Shown: piece by piece, positions 27,246 to 36,801 of the stretch | How positions within the stretch are numbered: the stretch's first letter is position 1 | How the letters are laid out: every line of letters starts with the position of its first letter | Origin: a virus | Taxonomy: Duplodnaviria > Caudoviricetes | IMG/VR virus record: IMGVR_UViG_3300025646_005002 | Coordinates: 1-53,785 of that record | DNA length: 53,785 nucleotides | Direction: 5' to 3' (one strand) | Translations under genes and position numbers: made by a program | The notes under the pieces: generated by a model | Database searches by the model: none | Told to the model about the DNA's origin: nothing | What the model saw: only the letters and a program-made list of their open reading frames with translations

Positions 27246-28142
27246 ATGGAAGAAAAGAAATATTATTATTCAGAGATATTCCACAGTATTCAAGGTGAAG
27301 GACACTACACAGGTGTGCCCACTGCTTGGATACGTTTCTTCTTGTGCAATTTGCAGTGTAATGGATTTGGACAAATAGATCCAACTAATCCAGAAACATA
27401 TGAATTGCCATTTGAAGATTTTGACGTATCATCAGTTTCAAGAGTAGAGGATTTGCCTGTGTGGGACAAGGGTTGCGACTCTTCCTACACCTGGGCAAAG
27501 AAATTTAAAAGTTTAATGGGTTATGAAACACCCACAACACTTGCAAATAAAATAGTTGATGCTATTAAAACAGATTCAAATCCACAAGGACTATTTTTAC
27601 ATCCTGGATCAAAACAGCATCAACATCTGTGTTTCACAGGCGGTGAACCTTTGATGGCACAGGCACAGGTTGCAGTTGTAGGCATCTACAATGAACTGCA
27701 AAAGCAAAACAATTTACCTGGATCAATGACATTTGAAACCAACGGCACACAAAGTCTAAGACCACAGTTTGTAGAATGGGCAAAGTCAATTGACACAGAA
27801 ATATTCTTTAGTTGTAGTCCTAAACTGTTTACAGTGTCAGGTGAAAAAACAGAAAAAGCAATTCGTCCTGATGTAGTACAAGAGTACTATCAACTTTCCA
27901 ACAAAGGTCAACTTAAATTTGTGGTTGGTGAAGCAGATAGAGAATGGGATGAAATGGAACAGGCAGTAGAAAAGTTTAGATCAGCAGGTGTTGATTGGCC
28001 TGTGTGGATTATGCCTGTGGGTGCTAGAGAAGAAGAACAATCAGCAGGTGCTGGCAAAGTAGCACAAAAGGCATTTAAGAAAGGATATAATGTTGCGGCA
28101 AGAGTTCATGTATATTTGTTTGGCAACGCAATAGGAACATGA
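27246..28142 (+). CDS. queE: 7-carboxy-7-deazaguanine synthase (radical SAM)
   Basis: SEIFHSIQGEG, CNLQC...CDS with an insertion, FTGGEP, ETNGT, SPKL, RVHVYL; promoter TTGACA(27211)-N16-TATAGT. Confidence 0.88.
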   Translation: MEEKKYYYSEIFHSIQGEGHYTGVPTAWIRFFLCNLQCNGFGQIDPTNPETYELPFEDFDVSSVSRVEDLPVWDKGCDSSYTWAKKFKSLMGYETPTTLANKIVDAIKTDSNPQGLFLHPGSKQHQHLCFTGGEPLMAQAQVAVVGIYNELQKQNNLPGSMTFETNGTQSLRPQFVEWAKSIDTEIFFSCSPKLFTVSGEKTEKAIRPDVVQEYYQLSNKGQLKFVVGEADREWDEMEQAVEKFRSAGVDWPVWIMPVGAREEEQSAGAGKVAQKAFKKGYNVAARVHVYLFGNAIGT

Positions 28143-28143
28143 T

Positions 28144-28455
28144 ATGAAAGAAAAAATAAAAGATCTTTGGTTTCAAGCAGAAGAAAAAACTTTAAGTTTA
28201 AAGAAACACATTATTTTTACAACCATAGTAAAACTATTCGAAACACTATTGTTGTTGTTAGTGTGTGTTTTGGTGTTTATTGCAATTGGAGTAACATTGT
28301 TATATGTAATTTTAAGTGATCAAATACGTACAAAACTTAGAAAGAAAAAAGAAGAACCACAAACAATTGCACCAGATCATCCTATAACCTATGAAGAACT
28401 AGATGGTGAACTATTATCAGATGATCCTGTAGAAAGAATGAGAAAATGGATGTAA
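28144..28455 (+). CDS. Single-TM hypothetical protein
   Basis: Long hydrophobic segment. Confidence 0.65.
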   Translation: MKEKIKDLWFQAEEKTLSLKKHIIFTTIVKLFETLLLLLVCVLVFIAIGVTLLYVILSDQIRTKLRKKKEEPQTIAPDHPITYEELDGELLSDDPVERMRKWM

Positions 28456-28895
28456 TCAAAGATTTTTTTCGTGGTAGAAAAAGAATTATCTACAATAGAG
28501 ATAACACACGAGAATATCTTGTGAGATATTATTTGATGTTAAAAGATAGAAAAGATTTTCCGTTTAATATTACACTGCATAAAATTATGATGAGTGACGA
28601 ACCAATACTACATAGTCATCCTTGGAATTGGGGTGCAGTTATACTTAAAGGTGGATATTGGGAACATACACCTGAAGGTAAACATTGGAGAGGTCCTGGA
28701 CACATAAGATTTAGAAAAGCAGAAGATCTACACTACTTGGAACTAGCCAAAGATGCAGATGGTAAAGAAATACCATGCTGGAGCGTATTTTACATGGGCA
28801 AAAAATCAGATACATGGGGATTTTTAGTTGACGGTAAAATCATAGAGCATGAAGAATTTCTCAATAACAGAAGCAAATATCCAACAAATGGATAA
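28446..28895 (+). CDS. Cupin-fold protein
   Basis: LHKI...LHSHPW...ILKGGYWEH...DLHYLEL fits the cupin HxH...E...H pattern. Confidence 0.6.
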   Translation: MDVIKDFFRGRKRIIYNRDNTREYLVRYYLMLKDRKDFPFNITLHKIMMSDEPILHSHPWNWGAVILKGGYWEHTPEGKHWRGPGHIRFRKAEDLHYLELAKDADGKEIPCWSVFYMGKKSDTWGFLVDGKIIEHEEFLNNRSKYPTNG

Positions 28896-29241
28896 GCAAA
28901 AATTAAAATTCATTCAACAAAATATAAGTCGTGCTAAAAATAGAGGAAAAAAATCTTGGCCAAATGAAATTACTAAATTTGATGTTTACAGTATAGGAGA
29001 AAACCAAAATTGGAAGTGTGCTATAACTGGAGATGAATTAGAATTTATAAGAGGTGGTACAACATGGCAAAACAAATGGTGTAATCCACAATCATGTACA
29101 ATAGATAGGATAGATCCAACCAAAGGATACACAGTGGATAATATTCAACTCTTGACACACAAAGCCAATACTTGGAAAAGCTCATTTACACACGAAGAAT
29201 TGCAAGATTTAAGTGAAAAATTCCTTCAAAAGATCACTTGA
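28888..29241 (+). CDS. HNH-like endonuclease
   Basis: KCAITG...TIDRIDPTKGYTVDNIQLLTHKANTWK (beta-beta-alpha-metal pattern). Confidence 0.65.
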   Translation: MDKQKLKFIQQNISRAKNRGKKSWPNEITKFDVYSIGENQNWKCAITGDELEFIRGGTTWQNKWCNPQSCTIDRIDPTKGYTVDNIQLLTHKANTWKSSFTHEELQDLSEKFLQKIT

Positions 29242-29265
29242 CAATACCGCTAAATATGTTATAAT
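29238..29265 (+). promoter_or_regulatory. Sigma70-type promoter
   Basis: TTGACA-N16-TATAAT with extended TG. Confidence 0.75.
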
Positions 29266-29354
29266 GAAGTATATAGAATATTTAAAATGGAGAATAAGTT
29301 TGTTAAAATTTAAGAATATCATACTATTCCCTATAGAAAAAACGATAAAAGAAA

Positions 29355-29780
29355 ATGACAAAAAAGAAAATTAATATACCGTTTGGTTTAAATCCAAAGA
29401 GTTGGTTTTTAAAAGGCAAAGACAAAGAACGTGCAAAAGCCAAGTATGAATTATCTGGTATTGCACTAGATAAAAAACTAGCAGACATTGACGATAAGCC
29501 TTATGTAACGGTATTAGAGACTCACTTTGACCCAGACAATCCAAAGAAAGGTTATTTTGAATTGGACTGGAATCAATCATTTATTGATATGTTATCTAAA
29601 GCAGGTTACACTGGTGTAACAGATGACGAAATTGTTAACAAATGGTTTGATGATCTTTGCAAAGGCATTGTTTTAGAAACCATGGATACAGATGTGTTTG
29701 AAGAATTAAAAGCACAGCAAGAAAACAGAGATAAGATTTCCAAAACAGAACTCAAAGATGGCAAAGTAGAATACTCGTGA
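29355..29780 (+). CDS. Hypothetical phage protein
   Basis: GYFELDWN motif; coupled to the RNase H gene. Confidence 0.7.
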   Translation: MTKKKINIPFGLNPKSWFLKGKDKERAKAKYELSGIALDKKLADIDDKPYVTVLETHFDPDNPKKGYFELDWNQSFIDMLSKAGYTGVTDDEIVNKWFDDLCKGIVLETMDTDVFEELKAQQENRDKISKTELKDGKVEYS

Positions 29781-30769
29781 CATATATATTAGTAGACACA
29801 GCAAATACATTTTTTAGAGCTAGACATGTTTCCAGCAGAGGCACTGATTTGGATACAAAGATCAGTCTAGCATTTCATATTCTTTTTAATTCACTTAAAA
29901 AAGCCAACACAATGTTTTCTGGTAAACATGTGGTGTTCTGTTTAGAAGGTCGTAGTTGGCGTAAAGATTTTTATGAACCATACAAAAAGAATCGTGCAGT
30001 TGTGCTAGACAAAAGAACTGAACGTGAAAAAGAAGAAGATGACTTTTGGTGGGAAGCATTTGATCAGTTTTGCACATTTGTAAAAGAAAATACCAACTGT
30101 TCTGTATTGCGTGAACCAACATCAGAAGCAGATGATTGTATAGCACTTTGGATACAAGCACACCCAAATGACAAGCATGTGATTATTTCTTCTGACTCAG
30201 ATTTTTATCAATTGATTAATCCTAATGTAACACTATACAATGGTGTTGCTAATCAAATTGTAACTGCTAATGGCTTTTATGATGAAAAAGATCGTCCTAT
30301 TGTAGATAAAAAAACAGGTGAAACAAAATTACCACCTAATCCAGAGTGGATGTTATTTGAAAAATGTATGAGAGGTGACAGTGCTGACAATGTATTTTCA
30401 GCATACCCAAAAGTGCGTAAGAACAAACTTGAAGAAGCATTTGCAGATAGAACAAATCAAGGTTTTGTATGGAATAATCTAATGCTACAACGTTGGACAG
30501 ATCATAATGGTGTAGAACACAGAGTCAAAGAGTGTTATGAAAGAAATAGAAAATTAATTGATCTTACTCAGCAACCAGAAGAAATTAGAACCAAAGTGTT
30601 TGCAGAAATACTACAAGCACAAAATCCAAAAAGAGTTGACCAAGTGGGCATACGTTTTATGAAATTCTGTGCCAAATATGGACTAAACAAATTATCTGAG
30701 CAACCAACTGATCATGCTCAATATCTAAATGCAGGATACCCTCGTGTTGAAAGCCAAGCAAATAGTTAA
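29777..30769 (+). CDS. rnh: T4 RNase H-like 5'-3' exonuclease (FEN family)
   Basis: ILVDTAN, SWRKDFYEPYKKNR, EADD, ISSDSDFYQL, GDSADNV. Confidence 0.9.
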   Translation: MTYILVDTANTFFRARHVSSRGTDLDTKISLAFHILFNSLKKANTMFSGKHVVFCLEGRSWRKDFYEPYKKNRAVVLDKRTEREKEEDDFWWEAFDQFCTFVKENTNCSVLREPTSEADDCIALWIQAHPNDKHVIISSDSDFYQLINPNVTLYNGVANQIVTANGFYDEKDRPIVDKKTGETKLPPNPEWMLFEKCMRGDSADNVFSAYPKVRKNKLEEAFADRTNQGFVWNNLMLQRWTDHNGVEHRVKECYERNRKLIDLTQQPEEIRTKVFAEILQAQNPKRVDQVGIRFMKFCAKYGLNKLSEQPTDHAQYLNAGYPRVESQANS

Positions 30770-31253
30770 AGATTCATTTTGGATACTGGAATCAAACGAA
30801 CAAAAGATTGGCACCATGCGACATGCTAACAATACTTGGCAAGTCCTACTAGAAAAAGACAAACAAGAATTTTCATCATACAATAATGTAATAGAATTTT
30901 TAGGAGAGGATCCTTTAAAACCAGACACAAAATCATCAGCAGAACAACCAGTGCAGGGTGACTTTGATGTTCAAGGATATCCTACTCCTGTGCAACCTTA
31001 CAATGTAGAACAGTATGAGTCACTGCCTACATATACAAAAACGCCTAAATCCACAGTAAAATACAGTGCAGGCTACTACGGTATTGAATTTACCAAAGGT
31101 TGGGTACCGTCTTTTAACCCTAAATTAAACACTTTGCTAGAAGGTGCTGTCTCTTATGTTGGACCTTTCCATTCAGAAATGGAAATGAATATCAACATAA
31201 ATAATAAGAAGCGAGAGAGAAAGCACACACATGGCACAGTACAACAACATTAA
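30729..31253 (+). CDS. Hypothetical protein
   Basis: 174-aa ORF; the start may be the GTG at 30744. Confidence 0.65.
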   Translation: MQDTLVLKAKQIVKDSFWILESNEQKIGTMRHANNTWQVLLEKDKQEFSSYNNVIEFLGEDPLKPDTKSSAEQPVQGDFDVQGYPTPVQPYNVEQYESLPTYTKTPKSTVKYSAGYYGIEFTKGWVPSFNPKLNTLLEGAVSYVGPFHSEMEMNININNKKRERKHTHGTVQQH

Positions 31254-31437
31254 AAATTTTTGTAATAGAGTAATTCATCTAGAAAAGTCAGGTAGTAAAG
31301 AAATACGTTTGACTAAATCAGAAGCAGTTATTTTGATGTCTGAGCTTAACCAATTGCTTTTAGACAAAAAATCAACTGTTCAAGCACCAGCGATTCAGAT
31401 AAATTCTAGTTCATCATTTGATGCGGGGACTTTTTAG
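31231..31437 (+). CDS. Hypothetical protein
   Basis: Follows CATAAATA(31196-31203). Confidence 0.6.
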   Translation: MAQYNNIKNFCNRVIHLEKSGSKEIRLTKSEAVILMSELNQLLLDKKSTVQAPAIQINSSSSFDAGTF

Positions 31438-31445
31438 GAGATATA

Positions 31446-32591
31446 ATGAACAAAGTATTGCACTCTATTCCTGCTATATTAGCCTTGGTATTGTTTTTAT
31501 TAGTAGGCAATGAAAATAATGCTCAAGCATCACACAATGATAACAATCCAAATACTTTTAAACTTGTTGAAACAAGTTATAAAACTACGCCAGACCTAGT
31601 TGAAGATGTTATACCAACTGTGGTGTATATTTTTATGGAAAAAAATCCACAAACTGGCACTGATGAGTTTGGTGGACTACTACCAGATCAAACTACACCG
31701 TCAATAGGTGTTGGCACAGGGTTTTTTATAAATGATCAAGGATATATTGTTACCAACACACACGTGGTTCAAGACACTAAAAAGTTAGTGATATACTATT
31801 GGGATTCTCCACTAGAATATAACGAAGCACAAATAGTGGGCATGGATGAAGTGGCTGACATTGCTGTGATTAAAATTATTCCAGAAGCACCAACAGAATA
31901 TGTTGAATGGGGCAACAGTGAAGAAATTAAACTAGGTGAAGATGTTGTGGCAATTGGACATGGTCTAAGTATGCCTTGGGCAGTAACCAAAGGTATTATA
32001 AGCATGACCTATCGTCAACCAGACATGACCAAACCAATGATACTATACAACCAATCAGATACAGTTATTAATCAAGGTAACTCTGGTGGTCCGCTTTTTA
32101 ATATGCATGGCGAAGTTGTTGGAGTTAATACACTACTGTTTTCAAGAACTGGATCGTTTTCAGGAGTAGGATTTTCAGTACCATCAAACCTAGCCAAAAG
32201 ATCAGTAGAGCAAATAATGGAAACTGCTGTGATTGATGATCAAGGTAATGTAGTAGAACAAGGCTATGTAACATATCCAGCAATTGGTATTAAATTCAGC
32301 ACAGTTGAAACCCTAGAAGAAAGAAACAAACTAAAAGATCTAGGAATAGCATCTGTGATTAAAGTAAAAGAAACACCAGAAGAGGGTGCGGCCTACGAAG
32401 CAGGTTTGTTACCAGAAGATGTATTGATATCTATAGATGATGAAGAAATAGTTTCATCTATTGACTTAGTAAAGCATTTATGGTATAATAAGATAGGTGA
32501 TACAGTAAAAGTGATGGTGTATAGAAACAATGAATACATTTCACTAGATGTAACACTTAAAGAATTCAAATTTACACCAAAAGGAAAATAA
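31446..32591 (+). CDS. HtrA/DegP-like serine protease with PDZ domain
   Basis: Signal or TM segment; GTGFFI, VTNTHVV, DIAVIK, NQGNSGGPL; C-terminal PDZ. Confidence 0.92.
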   Translation: MNKVLHSIPAILALVLFLLVGNENNAQASHNDNNPNTFKLVETSYKTTPDLVEDVIPTVVYIFMEKNPQTGTDEFGGLLPDQTTPSIGVGTGFFINDQGYIVTNTHVVQDTKKLVIYYWDSPLEYNEAQIVGMDEVADIAVIKIIPEAPTEYVEWGNSEEIKLGEDVVAIGHGLSMPWAVTKGIISMTYRQPDMTKPMILYNQSDTVINQGNSGGPLFNMHGEVVGVNTLLFSRTGSFSGVGFSVPSNLAKRSVEQIMETAVIDDQGNVVEQGYVTYPAIGIKFSTVETLEERNKLKDLGIASVIKVKETPEEGAAYEAGLLPEDVLISIDDEEIVSSIDLVKHLWYNKIGDTVKVMVYRNNEYISLDVTLKEFKFTPKGK

Positions 32592-32593
32592 TA

Positions 32594-32827
32594 ATGAAAC
32601 ACGTAAAAGTTTACACAAAAAACGGTTGTGGCTACTGTACGATGGCTAAAACCTGGTTAAACACTAAAAATATACAGTTTGAAGAAGTTAATATAGAATC
32701 TGTGCCAAAAGCACGTGATTTTGTAATTAATGAAGGGCATAGAACCATGCCACAGATATACATAGAAGGTAAAAGTATAGGTGGATACACTGAGCTAGCC
32801 AAACTAGACGAATCTGCGTTTAATTAG
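32594..32827 (+). CDS. Glutaredoxin
   Basis: CGYC, RTMPQIY, IGGY. Confidence 0.92.
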   Translation: MKHVKVYTKNGCGYCTMAKTWLNTKNIQFEEVNIESVPKARDFVINEGHRTMPQIYIEGKSIGGYTELAKLDESAFN

Positions 32828-32843
32828 CATAAATACAAGTACA

Positions 32844-33329
32844 ATGGATACACAAGAAATATTAGATAATCATTATGCAGTTCACAAGAATGCTAGTCTG
32901 CTTGACATACTGGTAGAGTTTGAAAAATCTATGGATGAAATGGGTATATATACCTATGCAAACTGGATGGAAGGTGAAGTTGTAGCAGGCCCTAAGGTTG
33001 GTAGATATTGGGTTGAAGTTACACTCATGTATCCAAGAGAACAGATGCCAGATCCAGCAGGCGGTCAGCGTTTGTTAGGCTATGATTGCAAAGTGTATTA
33101 TAAAAAAGATTATTATCTAGCACCACGTAGAGTACAAACACCAGGTGACTTTAAACCTGGCTCAAAAAAACCTCAAGTTGATGAAGTACCAGTGTGGTTG
33201 GTAACTATTAAAATGCCAAAAAGATTATTAGACAATTTTGATTTAGAAACAGATGCTGATGTTGAAGCAAAAGACAAAGCAAAAGATGAAGGGATAACAG
33301 ATGAAACTACAGTCGCTGGTAACCAGTAA
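32844..33329 (+). CDS. Hypothetical phage protein
   Basis: Follows CATAAATA(32828-32835). Confidence 0.75.
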   Translation: MDTQEILDNHYAVHKNASLLDILVEFEKSMDEMGIYTYANWMEGEVVAGPKVGRYWVEVTLMYPREQMPDPAGGQRLLGYDCKVYYKKDYYLAPRRVQTPGDFKPGSKKPQVDEVPVWLVTIKMPKRLLDNFDLETDADVEAKDKAKDEGITDETTVAGNQ

Positions 33330-33726
33330 ACGTCTTGAAGAAGGTTTGAGACCAGGTGATTTAGAACACCTTATCCTAAACAAAGTCAGCATTGATCAAT
33401 TTGAACCAAAAACAGGTAGTGATAAAGAAGTATTGGTTATGGGCCTGTATTCAAAAGATGAAGAACCAGCTCAAGACCTAGCAAGATTTATTGAACGTGG
33501 ATATATTGGAGTTATGGATACAGAAGTATCACCAGGTCCAGATGAAGATGGCAACTACATGGTATTTGTAGAAGTTAAAAAAGATCAAGACACAATGAAA
33601 CGTATAGTTGAAATTCTTCATGATATAAAAAGTATAACCACTGTTCGTGAATGGCAGTTAAACTTTCATGGTGGCAGAACTCATATGCTATCAGAGGATA
33701 TGATTAAAAAAGCACTAAGAAGTTAA
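33301..33726 (+). CDS. Hypothetical phage protein
   Basis: 141-aa in-operon ORF. Confidence 0.7.
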   Translation: MKLQSLVTSKRLEEGLRPGDLEHLILNKVSIDQFEPKTGSDKEVLVMGLYSKDEEPAQDLARFIERGYIGVMDTEVSPGPDEDGNYMVFVEVKKDQDTMKRIVEILHDIKSITTVREWQLNFHGGRTHMLSEDMIKKALRS

Positions 33727-33944
33727 TGCCTAAAGACGATATTGTAAAGATAAGCGGAACAGTTGCTGACGTATTGCCAGCAGGAATGTTTCGTGTAACA
33801 TTAGAAAATGGACATGAAGTGATAGGACATTTGAGCGGTAAAATGAGAAAGAATCATATTCGTATACTAGAAAATGATCGCGTTGATGTTGAAATGTCAC
33901 CTTATGATCTAACTAAGGGAAGAATAGTTTATAGGTACAAATAA
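33726..33944 (+). CDS. infA: Translation initiation factor IF-1
   Basis: 72 aa; [39 protein letters not shown]. Confidence 0.97.
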   Translation: MPKDDIVKISGTVADVLPAGMFRVTLENGHEVIGHLSGKMRKNHIRILENDRVDVEMSPYDLTKGRIVYRYK

Positions 33945-33946
33945 TT

Positions 33947-34240
33947 ATGTGGGAATATATTACTTCAATGATCAGTGCAATGTTCACAGACAGACTGTGG
34001 ATATGGACAGCACTTGCGGGTGCAACATTTGGTGCATTGTTTATTGCTTATATGCGTAACACAAGAATTGCTGTATGGGTTTATGGCAAGTGGGACGCAA
34101 CAATTGATTTCTTTAGAGATAGATACGGCTGGACTTGGCTTAATCAAGACTTAGGTGCTTGGAGAAAAGTACATCCGCAACTAACAAAAGAAATAGAGGA
34201 TATCAAGAGTAGGCTTGATAAACTTGAAGGTAAAAAGTAA
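33947..34240 (+). CDS. Small membrane protein
   Basis: TM segment LWIWTALAGATFGALFIAY plus C-terminal coiled coil. Confidence 0.7.
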   Translation: MWEYITSMISAMFTDRLWIWTALAGATFGALFIAYMRNTRIAVWVYGKWDATIDFFRDRYGWTWLNQDLGAWRKVHPQLTKEIEDIKSRLDKLEGKK

Positions 34241-34251
34241 GGAGCAAAACA

Positions 34252-34461
34252 ATGATTAAAAATTTTAAAGATATAGTGATACTGTTGATAACAGGTGGTG
34301 TGTTAACACTGCTTGGTGTTATCATTATAGGTGACTATGTTGTAGCACTGGAAGAAAACAGACCAGTTGATGAAAGTGTTATCACACTGATGAAGATGTC
34401 AGTCACAGGATTGATTGGAGTCATTGGTGGATACATAGGCGGCAGCGGAAACAGAAATTAA
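34252..34461 (+). CDS. Small 2-TM protein (holin candidate)
   Basis: Two hydrophobic helices; AAGGAG RBS. Confidence 0.65.
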   Translation: MIKNFKDIVILLITGGVLTLLGVIIIGDYVVALEENRPVDESVITLMKMSVTGLIGVIGGYIGGSGNRN

Positions 34462-34481
34462 ACATATACAAGGAGATGAAC

Positions 34482-34640
34482 ATGAGTTGGTTAAAAGATA
34501 GACTTAAAGAAAAAGCATCACATGGTGGACTAGGTTTAGTAGCAGTTGGCTTGATTATTTTATTTTTAGGTAGTTGGGTTAACATTGCGGCCTATGCCGC
34601 AATTGCCTTTGGTGCATGGCAATTTTTCACAAGAGGTTAA
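34482..34640 (+). CDS. 52-aa 2-TM protein (holin candidate), absent from the ORF track
   Basis: AAGGAG RBS; translates as MSWLKDRLKEKASHGGLGLVAVGLIILFLGSWVNIAAYAAIAFGAWQFFTRG. Confidence 0.75.
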   Translation: MSWLKDRLKEKASHGGLGLVAVGLIILFLGSWVNIAAYAAIAFGAWQFFTRG

Positions 34641-34642
34641 TT

Positions 34643-35134
34643 ATGAGATTTAGAGAACTAGTTCAGAGAATACAAGAGAGCATGAGCTTTATGGCTGGCG
34701 CTAAAGATAAAGAAAAAGGTTATTGGAGAGCTATGATTGACTCAGGTGATAGATATCATCCTGATGTATACAAAGCAGACTATCCATATGACGCAGATCC
34801 AAAACCAAATCCAGACTACAAACCTGAACTAGATCTCACTCTTGCAAACGCAAATATGAGAGAAGTATTTGCTGAACTAGGATATGGCACAGATCTAGAA
34901 GACATGCCTAATATACCTATTGATGAATTTATAGCAAGAACAACACAATGGTTACAAAAAGCAATTGGCAAACTATCCCCACAGCAAGATCCAGAAGTTG
35001 ATGCAACACCAGGTGGTGCAACAATGATTAGAGGTGGTAAACCAGAAGGTTATTTTAATCAAGTTATTAAACAAATGAATTACATTGCTAGAGCAGGCAA
35101 AGAAAAAGGAGCAACACATGTCTGGGCCTCGTAA
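34643..35134 (+). CDS. Hypothetical protein
   Basis: ATG at 34643 after GAGG; begins MRFREL. Confidence 0.7.
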   Translation: MRFRELVQRIQESMSFMAGAKDKEKGYWRAMIDSGDRYHPDVYKADYPYDADPKPNPDYKPELDLTLANANMREVFAELGYGTDLEDMPNIPIDEFIARTTQWLQKAIGKLSPQQDPEVDATPGGATMIRGGKPEGYFNQVIKQMNYIARAGKEKGATHVWAS

Positions 35135-35915
35135 GTTTATAGTAGATGAGTTTGATAAAGACTCAGCATTATTCTTTGCTAAATTAAGTGGTGCGGCATA
35201 TTACACACCGAAAGCGTTTATACATTTTTTAAGAAAAGAAAATATTGTTGATAGTTATCATTATCAATTTATAGACAAAAACAGCAGTCAAGCATACGTA
35301 CTTTGGGATGATGAAAATTTTATCATTGCATTTAGAGGTACACAGCCAAGTGAAATGAAAGATGTATTTGCAGACATGAAATTTTGGAAAAAACCAGCAT
35401 GGGAAGGCGGTAAAGTACACACAGGTTTTGCTACCTATGTTGATGAAATTTGGGATGACATCAAACAGTTGTTTTTTAAACACGGTGTAAGACCAAACGG
35501 TAAAACCAAAAGAGTTTACACCACAGGACACTCACTAGGAGCCGCGGCGGCAACCATAGCGGCATCACGTTTAGGCACATTTGCTAGAGGCTGTTTTACA
35601 TATGGATCACCAAGAGCAGGCAACAAAAAATTTACACAAACAATTAAATGTCCAGTGTGGAGATTTAGAAATCAAAGAGATTTAGTCACACGAGTACCAC
35701 TAGCACTCATGGGATTTAAACATGTGGGCAAATTTTGTTATATTGATGGTGATCATAATCTAAGAATTGGTGCAGTTAAATTTGTTAGACTGTTCAAAGA
35801 TGCTGTTGCAAGTGTTTTTAATAAAGTAGTAGCAGATGGATTTGTAGATCATAGTATGAGTGACTATATTAAATACATTAATGAATGTGACACAGTTCAC
35901 AAAAAGGAAAAATAA
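35118..35915 (+). CDS. Class 3 lipase (alpha/beta hydrolase)
   Basis: IAFRGT, VHTGF, TGHSLGAA, TYGSPRAG, DLVTRVP, DHSM. Confidence 0.9.
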   Translation: MSGPRKFIVDEFDKDSALFFAKLSGAAYYTPKAFIHFLRKENIVDSYHYQFIDKNSSQAYVLWDDENFIIAFRGTQPSEMKDVFADMKFWKKPAWEGGKVHTGFATYVDEIWDDIKQLFFKHGVRPNGKTKRVYTTGHSLGAAAATIAASRLGTFARGCFTYGSPRAGNKKFTQTIKCPVWRFRNQRDLVTRVPLALMGFKHVGKFCYIDGDHNLRIGAVKFVRLFKDAVASVFNKVVADGFVDHSMSDYIKYINECDTVHKKEK

Positions 35916-36388
35916 TGTTTGGCACAGTTAAGATTATTTTTGTAGCATTAATTATATCATCACTTGCAGGTGCAGGATTATATGTGATGAAGTTACGTTC
36001 TGACAATGCTATACTAAAAGCCAATCAAATAGAATTAGAACGCAGTGTAGAATCACAAAAAGAATTACTACAAAAGCAAAAAGAAGATTTTGAAGATATA
36101 CTAGAATCAAACAAACAGTTAAACAAATTAATCAGCACACTGCAAAAAGATCTAGATGAACTAGACAAAAGATTCAACAAAGGCAAAAGAGACATAGGCA
36201 AACTTGCAATTGAAAAAACAGCACCAGTTGAAAGAGTTATCAACAAAGGTGCAGAAAATGCCACACGTTGTATTGAATTAGCCAGTGGTGCACCACACAC
36301 AGAAGAGGAGTTGAAGGCAACTAAGAATTCAGAAATTAATCCTGAATGTCCAGCATTGGCAAATCCTTCATATGTACCATATGAATAA
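35915..36388 (+). CDS. Putative inner-membrane spanin (Rz-like)
   Basis: N-terminal TM, long coiled coil, two C-terminal Cys; overlaps the following lipoprotein gene. Confidence 0.65.
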   Translation: MFGTVKIIFVALIISSLAGAGLYVMKLRSDNAILKANQIELERSVESQKELLQKQKEDFEDILESNKQLNKLISTLQKDLDELDKRFNKGKRDIGKLAIEKTAPVERVINKGAENATRCIELASGAPHTEEELKATKNSEINPECPALANPSYVPYE

Positions 36389-36764
36389 AATTATTTTATT
36401 ATTGTTAACAGCAACACTATTAGTTGGGTGTTCAGCAGGTGAAAGAAAAATAAAAATATTTTCAATTGAAGAACCAAGACAGCAGTTAGACTATCCAATG
36501 CCTACACCACTAGAGCTAGAGCAGGTAAAATGGATTATTATCAACAGTGAAAACGCAGACGAAGTATTTGCCAAAATGGAAGCAGAAGGATTAGATCCTG
36601 TGCTGTTTGGCCTATCTGACAAAGATTTTGAATTGTTGGCTAAAAATTTTGCACAGATTAGAAACAAACTCAAAGAAACCAACACCCTGTTAGAAGAATA
36701 CAAAAAGTACTATGAAGATTATGAAGCCCAATCTTCAGAAAAATCCACTAACGAACCTAAATAA
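36381..36764 (+). CDS. Putative outer-membrane spanin (Rz1-like lipoprotein)
   Basis: Lipobox LVGC, Pro-rich segment, then a helix ending YKKYYE. Confidence 0.65.
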   Translation: MNKIILLLLTATLLVGCSAGERKIKIFSIEEPRQQLDYPMPTPLELEQVKWIIINSENADEVFAKMEAEGLDPVLFGLSDKDFELLAKNFAQIRNKLKETNTLLEEYKKYYEDYEAQSSEKSTNEPK

Positions 36765-36767
36765 CAG

Positions 36768-36795
36768 TTGACATTTTGTCAATCTAATATATACT
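36768..36795 (+). promoter_or_regulatory. Sigma70-type promoter with palindromic -35
   Basis: TTGACA-N16-TATACT; TTGACATTTTGTCAA palindrome; ATG 6 nt after the -10. Confidence 0.7.
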
Positions 36796-36801
36796 AAAGC
36801 A

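Noticed and set aside
29264-29374. 36-codon ORF MKYIEYLKWRISLLKF...
   Set aside because: Its ATG overlaps the -10 box of the local promoter and it has no RBS; it cannot be supported, although read-through translation is not excluded.
34476-34484. Lambda S-like dual start (Met-Asn-Met) for the 52-aa holin candidate
   Set aside because: The first ATG abuts the SD with no spacer and adds no positive charge, so only 34482 is a plausible start.
36768-36801. CIRCE heat-shock operator before dnaJ
   Set aside because: The palindrome does not match TTAGCACTC-N9-GAGTGCTAA.
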